Shown here: in pieces, positions 19,156 through 28,946 of the stretch
How positions within the stretch are numbered: position 1 is the stretch's first letter
Layout of the letters: the number at the start of each line of letters is the position of its first letter
Source of the DNA: an uncultured delta proteobacterium
Lineage (GTDB): Bacteria > Desulfobacterota > Desulfomonilia > UBA1062
Direction of reading: 5' to 3'
Length of the DNA: 64,000 bases
Assembly: GCA_963798485.1 (NCBI GenBank)
Contig: CAWCTR010000030.1
Location: 128,001-192,000, forward strand
The notes under the pieces: generated by a model
What the model was told of the DNA's origin: nothing
Seen by the model: the letters and a program-made list of their open reading frames with translations, nothing else
Database searches by the model: none
Position numbers and translations under genes: made by a program

Positions 19156-21843
19156 TCATGCCGTCGGGGAGGGCTCTCCCTGGTTTCTCTGCAATCCCGA
19201 CGCAACCACCCGGGCGAGTGAACCGGCGAGGGCATTCAGTGCTTCCTCGTTGGGCAGCGTGATCTTCATGAGGAGTCTCCCATCAGTGCCGCGTTCCATG
19301 CCTTCTGAAAGGCTCGCCTTGAGCATTTTGGCTATCTGATCGTTGTTATCCGATTCGACCCCGACAGGGAACAAGGCCCCGATAAAATCAAATGCTGCTC
19401 CCAGCAGCTGTCCTCCGGCCAGCGAAACCTGTTCCCTGTGTGCATGTGCCATTGCCTCATTACGCACCTTGGCCTGTGCGCTCATATCCAAGGGGGCCTC
19501 CGGCTTCTCACCCAGCAGGATTTCCATGCGTTTCTTCAGCTCTTCTATACCTGACGCCATGGTTATCTCGGAAGCGGTTGCATTCGGATCCAGCACGGTC
19601 AACGAAAGGTCTTTTTTTGCCGATAGCGTTGCAAGCAGTTGTTCTTCAAGGGTGTTTTCCGTAACAAGCAGATATACCTGCACCGGGCGTTTCTGCCCCA
19701 TGCGATGTGCCCGGCCGATGCGTTGATCAAGCACTGCCGGGTTCCATGGCAGGTCCACGTTCACCACCGTATTGGCGGCCTGCAGGTTCAAACCCGTGGA
19801 GCCGGCGTTCGTGGTGATGAAAAAGGTGCATTCCGAGTTATGTTGAAACTCATGAACAAGGCCCTGCCTTTTTTTCTGAGGAACTGAACCGTCCAGGCGC
19901 ACAAAGTTCACCTTGAACTTGTTCAATAGCGGCTCTACCAGGTCCAGCATGCCGGTCCATTCGGAAAACATAATCACCTTGCGCTCGGTTTCTGCTGCGA
20001 ATTCTTCAATCATGCCCTCAAGCTCTGCGAGCTTGCTGGAAAAACCTGGCGGTTGTTTGTCGACCAGGCAGGTGCTGTTGGCTGCAAGGCGGCAGATAAG
20101 GAGCGCCTTCTGGAGGCGCAGCATGTCCATCTCGTTGATGTACTTTTTCGAAATGATGGACTGAATAATCCTCTTCTGGGCAGTGTGGAGCTCAAGCTGT
20201 TCCTCTGTCGGGGCGATGCGGATCACCTCTGTGGTGCGCGGTGGGAGCTGTTTCATGACCTCTTGCCTGGTCCTTCTCAGCAGGACGGGGGCCAGATTTT
20301 TCCGGAGCTCGTCAAGCTTCTTATACCCCAGCACCTTGCCGGTTGCATTCGTAACCCGGTGACGGTTGAGGAACCTGAAGGCAGGTCCCAGGCGACGGTC
20401 ATCGATGAATTCGACTACTGAATAGAGCTCTTCCAGCCGGTTTTCCAGAGGGGTACCGGTAAGTACAAGTGCAAAGGGTGACCTGAGGGCCTTGATGGTC
20501 TGTGAGGTCTTTGCCTCCCAGTTCTTGATACGCTGGCCTTCATCAAGGATGATCAGGTCCCACTGCATGCGCTCTATGACCAGGATATCGCGCAGGACCT
20601 GTTCATAATTGCAGATGGTGAAAAAGCATGCATTGTCATACTGAAGTGCTCGTTCTTCGGCGCTGCCGAGCACTGTCTGGGCGCTGCGGTTACAGAAGCG
20701 GTCGATTTCGATGAGCCACTGGGATTTCAGAGATGCGGGGCAGACCACCAGCACCTTGCTGATGGCAGTGTCCTGGGCCAGCAACTCGGCCGCACCGATG
20801 CCCTGAACGGTCTTACCCAGGCCCATGTCATCAGCCAACACAGCCCTGCCTGCACCTATGGCAAAGGCGATCCCATCAAGCTGGTAAGGGAGCAGCTCGG
20901 TCTTGAGCAGGGTTGTTCTTAAGGGATGATTCGCAGGGTCTTTCCGGATTTCCGCAGACCTTGTCTTGTACCCGTTTAAGATAAAGCTCCCGGTTGATAT
21001 ATGCCTCGGCATCCGGGTAGATGATTAACCTTTTGACCGAGCGTCTCGACCTGTGAGATCCGGTTCAAGAGATCCCGCACATCGATGATATCCGTATCTC
21101 GCAAGGGATCAAGAATAGCGGATATGTCAGGATCGAGACCCTCCGGGAGGAGGAGCCTCAGATGAAGATCATTGCCGTACTTCACATATACGGCGATATC
21201 CGTAATACAAAACGCAGTCTTGAGCACGGACTTTTTGAACTTTTTCTTTACGGTAGAGATGGCAAAAAGAATGTGCTTACAGGTACCCAGCGTATTCTTT
21301 CTGAAATCCGGGCATGAACAGAAGGATTCTCCCCGTTCCCATCCCCGCAATGCCACGCGGTAACTTTTGCCGGATGAGGCATTGGTGATGATGTAATCGG
21401 TCCACAGCTCGCCGGGGTTGACAGACTCCAGGCGCATCTTTTCGGTAATCTGATCGCTCCTGCCTCTCGATGATGGCGCGTTCAATGAGTTCAGCGTCGG
21501 AGAGCTCTTCAATGGGCACTTTCTCAGGCGGCGGGGCTGCAAGCCCCAGGGCAAGTTTTTCTTCCAGGATCAGAGACAATGCTGCTCCTTGGTGCTGGCA
21601 GGGCACTGTGCATGAACTGCAACTGAGTGTGAGCTTGTTGTTGCTGGAGAGATCGATCGATATGGCTGCCATGGCATCCGGAAGGTGAAGATGAAAATGA
21701 TTATTAGTGAGAGATACCTGTTCATCAATGCTAATCTCGAACCGTCCTCCATGCCGGATGAGCTGTTCACCTTTGGGGCCCAGCATCTTGCAGGCCTGTG
21801 CATAGGTGAGGTGCGACAGGATATCCTTCAATGCAACCATCAT
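19156..21843 (-). pseudogene. SWIM zinc-finger plus SNF2-family helicase (about 890 aa), split by about 3 single-base insertions
   Basis: SWIM-like CSSC..CQH and CSCPDF..CKH; ADDMGLGKT, DEGQ, TGTPLEN, GLNL, QRIGRAHRMGQ; frame switches near 21450, 21025 and 20957. Confidence 0.85.
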
Positions 21844-21995
21844 ATCCTCCTCATATTCAATGCCCTGAAATTTCAGACACCATAGACATTCCCCCTTGCC
21901 CTGTCAATTGCAGCCAGAATAAGACCATTGAAGAGCGTTTACGGATGCGGCTTTTAGGTTTTACAGCCGAGCATCGAAAACTCTGATCAATCACC

Positions 21996-22073
21996 CTGTA
22001 GGAGCGGCTTCAGCCGCGATATTTTTCCCCAATCATGATCGCGTGATGATCGCGCCTGAAGGTGCTCCTACAG
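21996..22073. repeat. GTAG-family REP doublet, copy 4
   Basis: CTGTAGGAGCGGCTTCAGCCGCGAT..GATCGCGCCTGAAGGTGCTCCTACAG. Confidence 0.88.
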
Positions 22074-22490
22074 AATATCATTAAGGTTAATGGTTATTTG
22101 ATTAGCGCCGGGAAGAAGCTGAAAGCTTTTGTTGAACCTATCACGGAAATCAAAAAAGAGCAGGAATGATACTACTGGCATTAGAGAAAGGCTGACTATA
22201 ATTACTCGTGGAGATAATAGCCACTTCATGATAAAGCTCTACTTTATGATATGATCCCGATGCAAGTACAACTTCCTATGCTTATATTTTGTGATAAATT
22301 ATGAGGTTAAGGGCCTTTGTACCAATTTATTCATCAAGTTTGCATTGAATTGTGACGAAAATCCAATATATATTTTCGTGCATAGTTTTATATGCCTCTA
22401 TGAGGCACATTCAATGAATTGGCATTCGACACCACACCCGCAAGGGCGGAGCTTTATCCTTAAAATCATGTAAGCTTGTCCTTTGAAACA

Positions 22491-23537
22491 ATGGTCACGG
22501 TAAAAATAGCTGAATCTCATAATAAGAGGAGATGGGATGATTACGTAATTTCCCAAGCTGATGCAGGGCCATACCATCTCTTTGCATGGAAAGAAGCGGT
22601 TGAGTCCGCTTATGAGCACCGGGCGATTTATCTTATTGCTGAGGATAACAAAGGAATTGTTCAGGGTGTGCTCCCTCTTTTCCTGGTGAAGCCACCTTTA
22701 CTGAAAGGTACGCTGGTTTCCCTGCCTTTCTGTGATTACGGTGGTGTACTCACCTATAATGAAGAAATGAAAGATGTTCTTCTCCAAACCGCATTGGAAT
22801 TATCTAGAAAGCACAAGGCACAACTGGAAATACGTCTGAAAACACCTGAAGCCATGGTCCGGAGCTTGTCATGCCTAAATGTCACATCTCATAAGGTGAG
22901 GATGGTGCTCGATCTCCCTGAGAATTCCGAGAACCTTTGGGACACCTTTAAGTCAAAGCTGAGGAGCCAGATAAAGAGGCCCCAGAAAGATGGCCTCCAG
23001 TTCACTATTGGCAACAGCGAACTAGTGGATGATTTTTATCGCGTCTTTGCGGTCAACATGCGCGATATCGGCTCGCCGGTTCACTCCAAAAAATGGATTG
23101 ATGCCGTTGTCCGATTCTTCGGCGAAAGGGCCCATGTGGGCATTGTCTATGCAGGGGCCAAACCTGTAGCCGGCGGGATTATTCTTGGGGTAAACGATAT
23201 CGTGGCCATACCTTGGGCATCAGCCCTGAATGATTATAGCCGGTCAAGCCCCAACATGCTCCTGTACTGGGGATTGCTGGCATATGCATGCGACCATGGA
23301 TTCAAACGGTTCGACTTCGGCAGATCCACGCCCGGGGAGGGGACATACCGTTTCAAGGAACAATGGGGGGCAGCACCCTTCACATTGTACTGGTATAAAC
23401 AAGGGATCTCCGACCACCGGGAAAACAATGATGCAACCGGTATACTCCGCCCTTTGGTGGAAAAGGCCTGGGCGCGCTTGCCCCAGAGGTATACTGATAT
23501 CATTGGCCCCATGGTGCGGAGATACATATCGCTGTAA
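22491..23537 (+). CDS. FemAB-like GNAT protein, PEP-CTERM/exosortase-associated
   Basis: GVLPL, SLPFCDYGG, KLRSQIKR, NMRDIGSPVH, PNMLLYW, FDFGRS..GTYRFKEQWGA. Confidence 0.88.
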   Translation: MVTVKIAESHNKRRWDDYVISQADAGPYHLFAWKEAVESAYEHRAIYLIAEDNKGIVQGVLPLFLVKPPLLKGTLVSLPFCDYGGVLTYNEEMKDVLLQTALELSRKHKAQLEIRLKTPEAMVRSLSCLNVTSHKVRMVLDLPENSENLWDTFKSKLRSQIKRPQKDGLQFTIGNSELVDDFYRVFAVNMRDIGSPVHSKKWIDAVVRFFGERAHVGIVYAGAKPVAGGIILGVNDIVAIPWASALNDYSRSSPNMLLYWGLLAYACDHGFKRFDFGRSTPGEGTYRFKEQWGAAPFTLYWYKQGISDHRENNDATGILRPLVEKAWARLPQRYTDIIGPMVRRYISL

Positions 23538-23552
23538 TCGAAGGCAGGGTAC

Positions 23553-24722
23553 TTGATGCATGCGGTAAAGAAAATGAAAGGGTTAGCAAACTGGTATCCC
23601 CCTGCCGAAACAAACATCCCGTGGACTGCATTGGTCCGTTCATTCTTTCCCGGACAGGCCGACCTTGAAACCGACCTCCAGAAATATCTGCATGTGGAGG
23701 CCTGTATCCTTGGAAGAAGTGCGAGGGCTCTCTTGAGCAGGCTGCTCACGGAGTTGCAAAAAACCAAGGATGGATCATCGCGCAGCCAGGTGCTCATACC
23801 CGGATATACCTGCTACTCCGTTGCCGCTTCCGTGGCTAGGGCTGGATTGAAGATCGCGTGTTATGACCTGGATCCGTTCACACTCGAACCGGTCATGGAT
23901 TCCATTCGAGCCATGACCGGAGAGGACACATTGGCTGTTGTCGGACAACACCTTTTCGGTATCCCCGTAGACCTGGATGACCTTGCGAGTCATGCCCGGC
24001 AGAACGGTTCTTACTTCATTGAGAACGCAGCCCAGGCCTTCGGTGGCACAAGGCTGGGAAGACAGCTCGGCACCCAGGGGGATTTCGGTCTCTTCAGCTT
24101 CGGCCGTGGCAAGTCACTTCCCCTTGGCTCAGGTGGAGCCCTCATCGGTGATCAGGGTGTGTTAAAGAATCTCGACATGGCAAAGGCAGGTCCGGGATAC
24201 CTGGACCTGTTTATGGCCGTCGCGAACCGGTGTCTGGCCGACCGGAGGGTATATGGCGTCTTGGAGGCTTTGCCCCTCGGCCTTGGAGAAACCATTTTTG
24301 ATCCCGGGTTTCCTATACAAGCCATGCCCGATGCCCTGAAAAGGCTTGGAAGATCTTCACTTCAATTCTTGCCGCAAATGAATGAGCACAGAAAAACAAT
24401 CGCCAGGATCTATCATGAAATCTTGGGAGAAAGGGCCATGGTCACTCTTCGGCCTGAGTACAGTGCGGTATATACTAGATTCCCTATCCGAGCAGGGGCG
24501 CAGCTGATTCCAGAAAAACTCATCAGGCTCGGGGTAAGGCGGATGTATCCCAAGGCAATACTGGATGAGCCTTCCATACGACCCTATTGTTCCACGAACA
24601 ACATCACAACTCCTCGATCATCGATCATTGCGGAAACCCTCTTAACCCTCCCCACCCATAGGGATATCACACTCCAAATTGCCGCAGAGATCGCAGAAGG
24701 CATTCAAGAGATCTGTTGGTGA
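23553..24722 (+). CDS. DegT/DnrJ/EryC1/StrS family PLP-dependent protein
   Basis: PGYTCYSV, HLFG.P, IENAAQAFG, FSFGRGK, LTLPTH. Confidence 0.8.
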   Translation: MMHAVKKMKGLANWYPPAETNIPWTALVRSFFPGQADLETDLQKYLHVEACILGRSARALLSRLLTELQKTKDGSSRSQVLIPGYTCYSVAASVARAGLKIACYDLDPFTLEPVMDSIRAMTGEDTLAVVGQHLFGIPVDLDDLASHARQNGSYFIENAAQAFGGTRLGRQLGTQGDFGLFSFGRGKSLPLGSGGALIGDQGVLKNLDMAKAGPGYLDLFMAVANRCLADRRVYGVLEALPLGLGETIFDPGFPIQAMPDALKRLGRSSLQFLPQMNEHRKTIARIYHEILGERAMVTLRPEYSAVYTRFPIRAGAQLIPEKLIRLGVRRMYPKAILDEPSIRPYCSTNNITTPRSSIIAETLLTLPTHRDITLQIAAEIAEGIQEICW

Positions 24723-24824
24723 ATTTGGGCTAGCTGCAATCTGATCTTACAACCGTCAGAAAGGATAAACTCTGTCTGATCGGATTGGAGCTACTACCTA
24801 TTAATTTTTGTTATTTCTACTACC

Positions 24825-25667
24825 ATGGAAAACATTCTAAAAAATAAAAAAGACTTCATACTCTGGGGGTTGCTTACTCTAAGCTTCATCGTCTGTTACT
24901 TTTTCACATTTCAGTGGTTGAACTTTAAGTATCAGGCACAGGATTCATACTATTCACATGGCTACCTGATCCCCTTTGTGAGTGCCTACCTCATTTATCT
25001 GAGGCGTAAAGAAATCGGCCAGGTTTCTCTTGAGAGCACACCTATTGGCCTTGGTGTCATCATTTTTGCTCTGTCAATTCATCTATTAGGAGTTCTGGGA
25101 GACATCAATTTCATATCAGGATTTTCCATAGTATTCTACTTGTTAGGATGCTCTCTCTATCTGCTCGGTACACGAATAACGTGGATCATTGCCTTTCCAC
25201 TCTTTTTCCTCATCTTCATGTGCCCGATTCCCGAATCATATATCAACCTCGTTGCTCTCCCTTCCAAATCAATGGCAACCAGCCTGGCTTTGTACTTCAT
25301 GGATCTAGTCAAGATTCCTTATGTGAGGGAAGGGTTCATCATTCATCTTGCCCGCTCTACATTCATAGTAGGGACCCCATGCAACGGGATGAGGTCCTTT
25401 ATCTCCTTCGCGGCCCTTGGGTTATTGATGCTCTATCTGGTTAGGACGTCCTGGAGGAAGAGGCTCCTCTTTCTCGCCATTATTCCCCCTCTCGCCTTGT
25501 TGTTGAACGGAGTACGGATTGCTCTGTTGCTCTGGATTGCCTATACCTATGGGAGCAAGGCGGCTTCCCCGGAGAGCTATCTCCATGACGGATCGGGTGT
25601 TCTTGTTTTTGTAATGGGATTTGTCATATTGCTGTTCTTTTATAAAAAACTCTATGAAAAAAGATAA
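24825..25667 (+). CDS. Exosortase (EpsH family)
   Basis: YSHGYLIP; catalytic triad candidates PCNG (Cys), NGVR (Arg), YLHD (His); about 8 TM helices. Confidence 0.92.
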   Translation: MENILKNKKDFILWGLLTLSFIVCYFFTFQWLNFKYQAQDSYYSHGYLIPFVSAYLIYLRRKEIGQVSLESTPIGLGVIIFALSIHLLGVLGDINFISGFSIVFYLLGCSLYLLGTRITWIIAFPLFFLIFMCPIPESYINLVALPSKSMATSLALYFMDLVKIPYVREGFIIHLARSTFIVGTPCNGMRSFISFAALGLLMLYLVRTSWRKRLLFLAIIPPLALLLNGVRIALLLWIAYTYGSKAASPESYLHDGSGVLVFVMGFVILLFFYKKLYEKR

Positions 25668-26307
25668 TCTCAGACTTGTGATCATCATACTATTGACCGG
25701 AGTATGTTCACTCTTGATTTTCAAGACAACATTTATCCATGAGATTGATAACAAGAACCTGAATAATTTCCCCTACACGATTAATGATTGGGGGGGGGAG
25801 AATATACCTATGGGTGAGTATGTATATCGAAGCCTGGGGACGCCGTATGCATTTATGCGTAATTACAACTCGAAGAATTTCGAAATACCAGTGAATTTAT
25901 CCATAGTTTGGTGCGATGACAGAAGAATCGTATTCCATACCCCTGAAGAATGCCTGGGTGGTGTCGGTGAACTTGTCAAGGAAAAGCGGTATGTAACGGT
26001 CATGCTTCGAAATAATACAAGAGTTGCTCAGTTGATCATCGAACGGAATAATCAGAGACAGATGGTTTTGTATTTCTACGATACTGATGGATATGTCACT
26101 ACAAGAGAGAGTGAGATTCGTATGAAAATTCTCATGAGAAGGATGAAGCTTAAACGATCGAGTGTGGCATTCGTACGCCTGATGGCACCAATTATAAACA
26201 ATGACGAAGAGACAATGAGTGTCCTAAAGAATTTTCTCTACCTCGTTTACCCTGCAATCCAGGATTATACGTACATAGAAAGGATAAACAAGCAGTTTTC
26301 ACAATAA
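25654..26307 (+). CDS. EpsI family exosortase-associated protein
   Basis: N-terminal anchor, FP..I.DW.G, HTPEECLGGVG, AFVRL; overlaps the exosortase stop. Confidence 0.85.
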   Translation: MKKDNLRLVIIILLTGVCSLLIFKTTFIHEIDNKNLNNFPYTINDWGGENIPMGEYVYRSLGTPYAFMRNYNSKNFEIPVNLSIVWCDDRRIVFHTPEECLGGVGELVKEKRYVTVMLRNNTRVAQLIIERNNQRQMVLYFYDTDGYVTTRESEIRMKILMRRMKLKRSSVAFVRLMAPIINNDEETMSVLKNFLYLVYPAIQDYTYIERINKQFSQ

Positions 26308-26323
26308 ACAATGAGGTTTTTCC

Positions 26324-26878
26324 ATGATCTTAAGAATAATAAATTCCTTGTACCAGGCCTTGTTGATGGAAAAAAGAAAAGTATATATTCAGAAGCTCGT
26401 TAATAACGGCCTCAGGCTTGGGAAAAATGTAAATATTGTCAATATGTTTTTCTTTGACCCTTCCCACTGTTTCCTCATCTCTATCGGTGATAACTGCACA
26501 ATCTGCCCTAATGTACGCCTTATTGCACATGATGCGAGCACAAAGCTATATCTGGGATATACCAAAATTGGTAAGATTGATGTCCGTGAGAATTGTTTTC
26601 TTGGTGATTCTGTAATCGTACTTCCGAATGTTATCATTGGACCATATTCTGTCGTTGGTGCAGGTTCTGTTGTGACGAAGGATATACCGCCTCATACCGT
26701 TGCAGCAGGTAACCCTGCAAGAGTGATATGCACCCTGGATGAGTATCTTATGAAGATTAGAACGCTGAGTGCTTCAAAAAATATTTTCAATGAAAATTAC
26801 CTCAATAATCAGCTGGAGGAGCATAAGAAGAAGGAGATCATAGATTCAATAGATAATTCAATAGGCTTCATTATTTAA
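26324..26878 (+). CDS. Hexapeptide-repeat (LbH) acyltransferase
   Basis: ISIGDNCTI, VLPNVIIG, VGAGSVVTKDIP, AGNPARV. Confidence 0.88.
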   Translation: MILRIINSLYQALLMEKRKVYIQKLVNNGLRLGKNVNIVNMFFFDPSHCFLISIGDNCTICPNVRLIAHDASTKLYLGYTKIGKIDVRENCFLGDSVIVLPNVIIGPYSVVGAGSVVTKDIPPHTVAAGNPARVICTLDEYLMKIRTLSASKNIFNENYLNNQLEEHKKKEIIDSIDNSIGFII

Positions 26879-26884
26879 TTCCAT

Positions 26885-27046
26885 ATGGATGATCAACACA
26901 ATAGAAATTCATCCTTTGAAACTGGTTGGTATCCACCTGCCGAGGTGAAAATCCCGGTTAATGCATTGTTTTTAACCTTAATCTCGATGGATCTAGCCAA
27001 GACTATAGCACTTCAACTTAAAAGGGAGTTTGACCTGCTTTCATGA
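26885..27046 (+). pseudogene. Internally deleted relic of a DegT-like paralog (53 aa)
   Basis: MDDQHNRNSSFETGWYPPAEVKIPVNAL... matches NWYPPAETNIPWTAL at the N-terminus of 23553..24722. Confidence 0.6.
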
Positions 27047-27081
27047 TTGAACGAATTTATGCTTACTTTCTATAAAGGAAT

Positions 27082-28221
27082 ATGATGATTTTCATAAATA
27101 GCATGTTCTGGTCATCCTTGGGCTTTATTGTCTATGCCTATCTTGGATATCCTCTAGTACTAAAGATACTCTCTTATTTTATTTCTGTCCCGGTCAAGAA
27201 GGCAGCGTTTAACCCTTTGGTAACCCTTATTATCTCGGTTTATAATGAAGAAAATGTGATTGCTGAAAAGATAGAGAATTCGCTCACTTTAGATTATCCG
27301 AAGGATCGTCTGGAAATCATGGTCGTTTCAGATTCATCAACAGATAGGACAGACGAGATTGCCAAGGAATATGAATGTCAGGGAGTAAAGACCTTGCGAA
27401 TTGAGGGCAGGTTAGGAAAGACCTCTTGCCTGAATAAAGCTGTTCCAGAGGCAAAAGGGGAGATTATTGTATTCTCGGATGCCAACTCTGTTTACGATAA
27501 AAGTGCCATAGAAGAGATTGTAGCAAATTTTGCCGACAGAAGCGTGGGTTGCGTGACAGGGTATACTAAATACTTCTCCAAAAGTATAATGGTTGAGTCC
27601 GTGGGTTTGTACGCCTACCTTGAGAAGAAAACAAAGGAATTAGAGAGTATGTTAGGATCCTGTGTCGGTGCGGACGGTGCTATTTTTGCTATTCGGAAAG
27701 AACTTTATCAGCCCTTGAAAATAACAGATATCAACGATTTTGTTATCCCTTTGCAGATTGTTGCCCTGGAATATCGGACAGTACTGGAAAGGGACGCCTA
27801 CTGTTATGAAGAAACCGCAAAAGACTCTCAAGGTGAGTTTATTAGACAGGTAAGGATTACCAACCGCACCTTGCGAGCCTTATTCAATAATAAGAATTTA
27901 TTCAATGTTTTTCGCTATAAGCTATTCTCCTTTTACTTGATTTCGCACAAACTCCTCAAATTTATGGTACCCTTATTTATGGCGGTTATTCTTTTGAGTA
28001 ATCTGATATTGGCAGGGAGAAGCTCGCTGTTTAAAGTATTCCTTGTCCTTCAGGCGATTTTATACGGCTCAGCCATGCTGAAAATAAAGGAAGAGGCTGG
28101 CCTGCTTGTAAAACTGATATCTGCCTGCCGGACGTTTAACGTAGTAAATGCCGCCATCCTTAAGGGGTGGCTAACCTATTTCAAGGGAGAGGATTTCACA
28201 ACCTGGAAAACAAGTCGATAG
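27082..28221 (+). CDS. Glycosyltransferase family 2, membrane-bound
   Basis: YNEE, SDSSTD, FSDAN, GADGAIFAIR, NDF, RQVRI, SHKLL. Confidence 0.9.
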   Translation: MMIFINSMFWSSLGFIVYAYLGYPLVLKILSYFISVPVKKAAFNPLVTLIISVYNEENVIAEKIENSLTLDYPKDRLEIMVVSDSSTDRTDEIAKEYECQGVKTLRIEGRLGKTSCLNKAVPEAKGEIIVFSDANSVYDKSAIEEIVANFADRSVGCVTGYTKYFSKSIMVESVGLYAYLEKKTKELESMLGSCVGADGAIFAIRKELYQPLKITDINDFVIPLQIVALEYRTVLERDAYCYEETAKDSQGEFIRQVRITNRTLRALFNNKNLFNVFRYKLFSFYLISHKLLKFMVPLFMAVILLSNLILAGRSSLFKVFLVLQAILYGSAMLKIKEEAGLLVKLISACRTFNVVNAAILKGWLTYFKGEDFTTWKTSR

Positions 28222-28341
28222 AACCAATTGCAAAACTACCAGAATGTCATTCCCGCGAAGGCGGGAATCCAGTTTTTTCAAGGACTTCTGGACCCCCGCC
28301 TTCGCGGGGGTGACACCTTTTATTAGTTTTGCAATTAGCTC
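28221..28341. mobile_element. 121-bp MITE with 18-bp terminal inverted repeats and an internal REP-like doublet
   Basis: TIRs GAACCAATTGCAAAACTA and TAGTTTTGCAATTAGCTC (16/18); GATA on both flanks; internal GTCATTCCCGCGAAGGCGGGAATCCAG..CTGGACCCCCGCCTTCGCGGGGGTGAC. Confidence 0.75.
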
Positions 28342-28353
28342 GATAGTTTTTAA

Positions 28354-28901
28354 TCTCTCTTAGGGTTGAATTCCCCGCAGCTTGCTGCGAGAGGTAGTGA
28401 GTGGTAGAGTAGATGAGTGAGCATATATATTCACAAGAGTCACAATGTATCGGTATTACTCTACCATATAGTATGTCCTGCAAAATATCGAAAGGTAGTA
28501 TTTTCAGAAGAAGTAGAAGAGGCGTTGAAGGAGATCTGTTTGGAGATAGGTAATAGGTACGAGATACATTTTGTTGAGATAGGGACAGACAGAGATCACA
28601 TGCATTTTTTAGTGCAGTCAATACCTACATACAGCCCAACGAAGATAGTAAGAGTAATCAAGAGCATAACGGCGAAGGAGCTATTTCGGAGAATACCATC
28701 TGTGAAGAAGGCATTGTGGGGTGGTGAGTTTTGGACAGATGGATATTATATCAACACGGTCAGTAGGCATGGGAATGAGGATGTTGTACGTCAATATGTA
28801 GAGGGGCAAGGTAAGGAGCAAGAGTATAAGAAGCTTCATAGTGAGCAACTACGACTGTTCTAGGCACCAGATACCCCGTAGCTTGCTGCGGGGTAGTTCA
28901 T
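28354..28901 (+). mobile_element. IS200-type element (tnpA only) with subterminal hairpins
   Basis: Hairpins CCCCGCAGCTTGCTGCG (28373) and CCCCGTAGCTTGCTGCGGGG (28874) flank tnpA; no tnpB. Confidence 0.85.
28417..28863 (+). CDS. tnpA: IS200/IS605 family Y1 transposase
   Basis: YHIVCPAKYR, HUH motif DHMHFL, LWGGEFWTDGYY, catalytic Tyr in YVEGQ. Confidence 0.95.
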   Translation: MSIYIHKSHNVSVLLYHIVCPAKYRKVVFSEEVEEALKEICLEIGNRYEIHFVEIGTDRDHMHFLVQSIPTYSPTKIVRVIKSITAKELFRRIPSVKKALWGGEFWTDGYYINTVSRHGNEDVVRQYVEGQGKEQEYKKLHSEQLRLF

Positions 28902-28946
28902 TTACATTACTTGGAAAAATTAAAGTAAGGAAGAGGTATTGAATGT

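Noticed and set aside
28247-28621. 124-aa minus-strand ORF ending RCHPREGGGPEVLEKTGFPPSRE
   Set aside because: Spurious translation across tnpA antisense and the MITE palindrome
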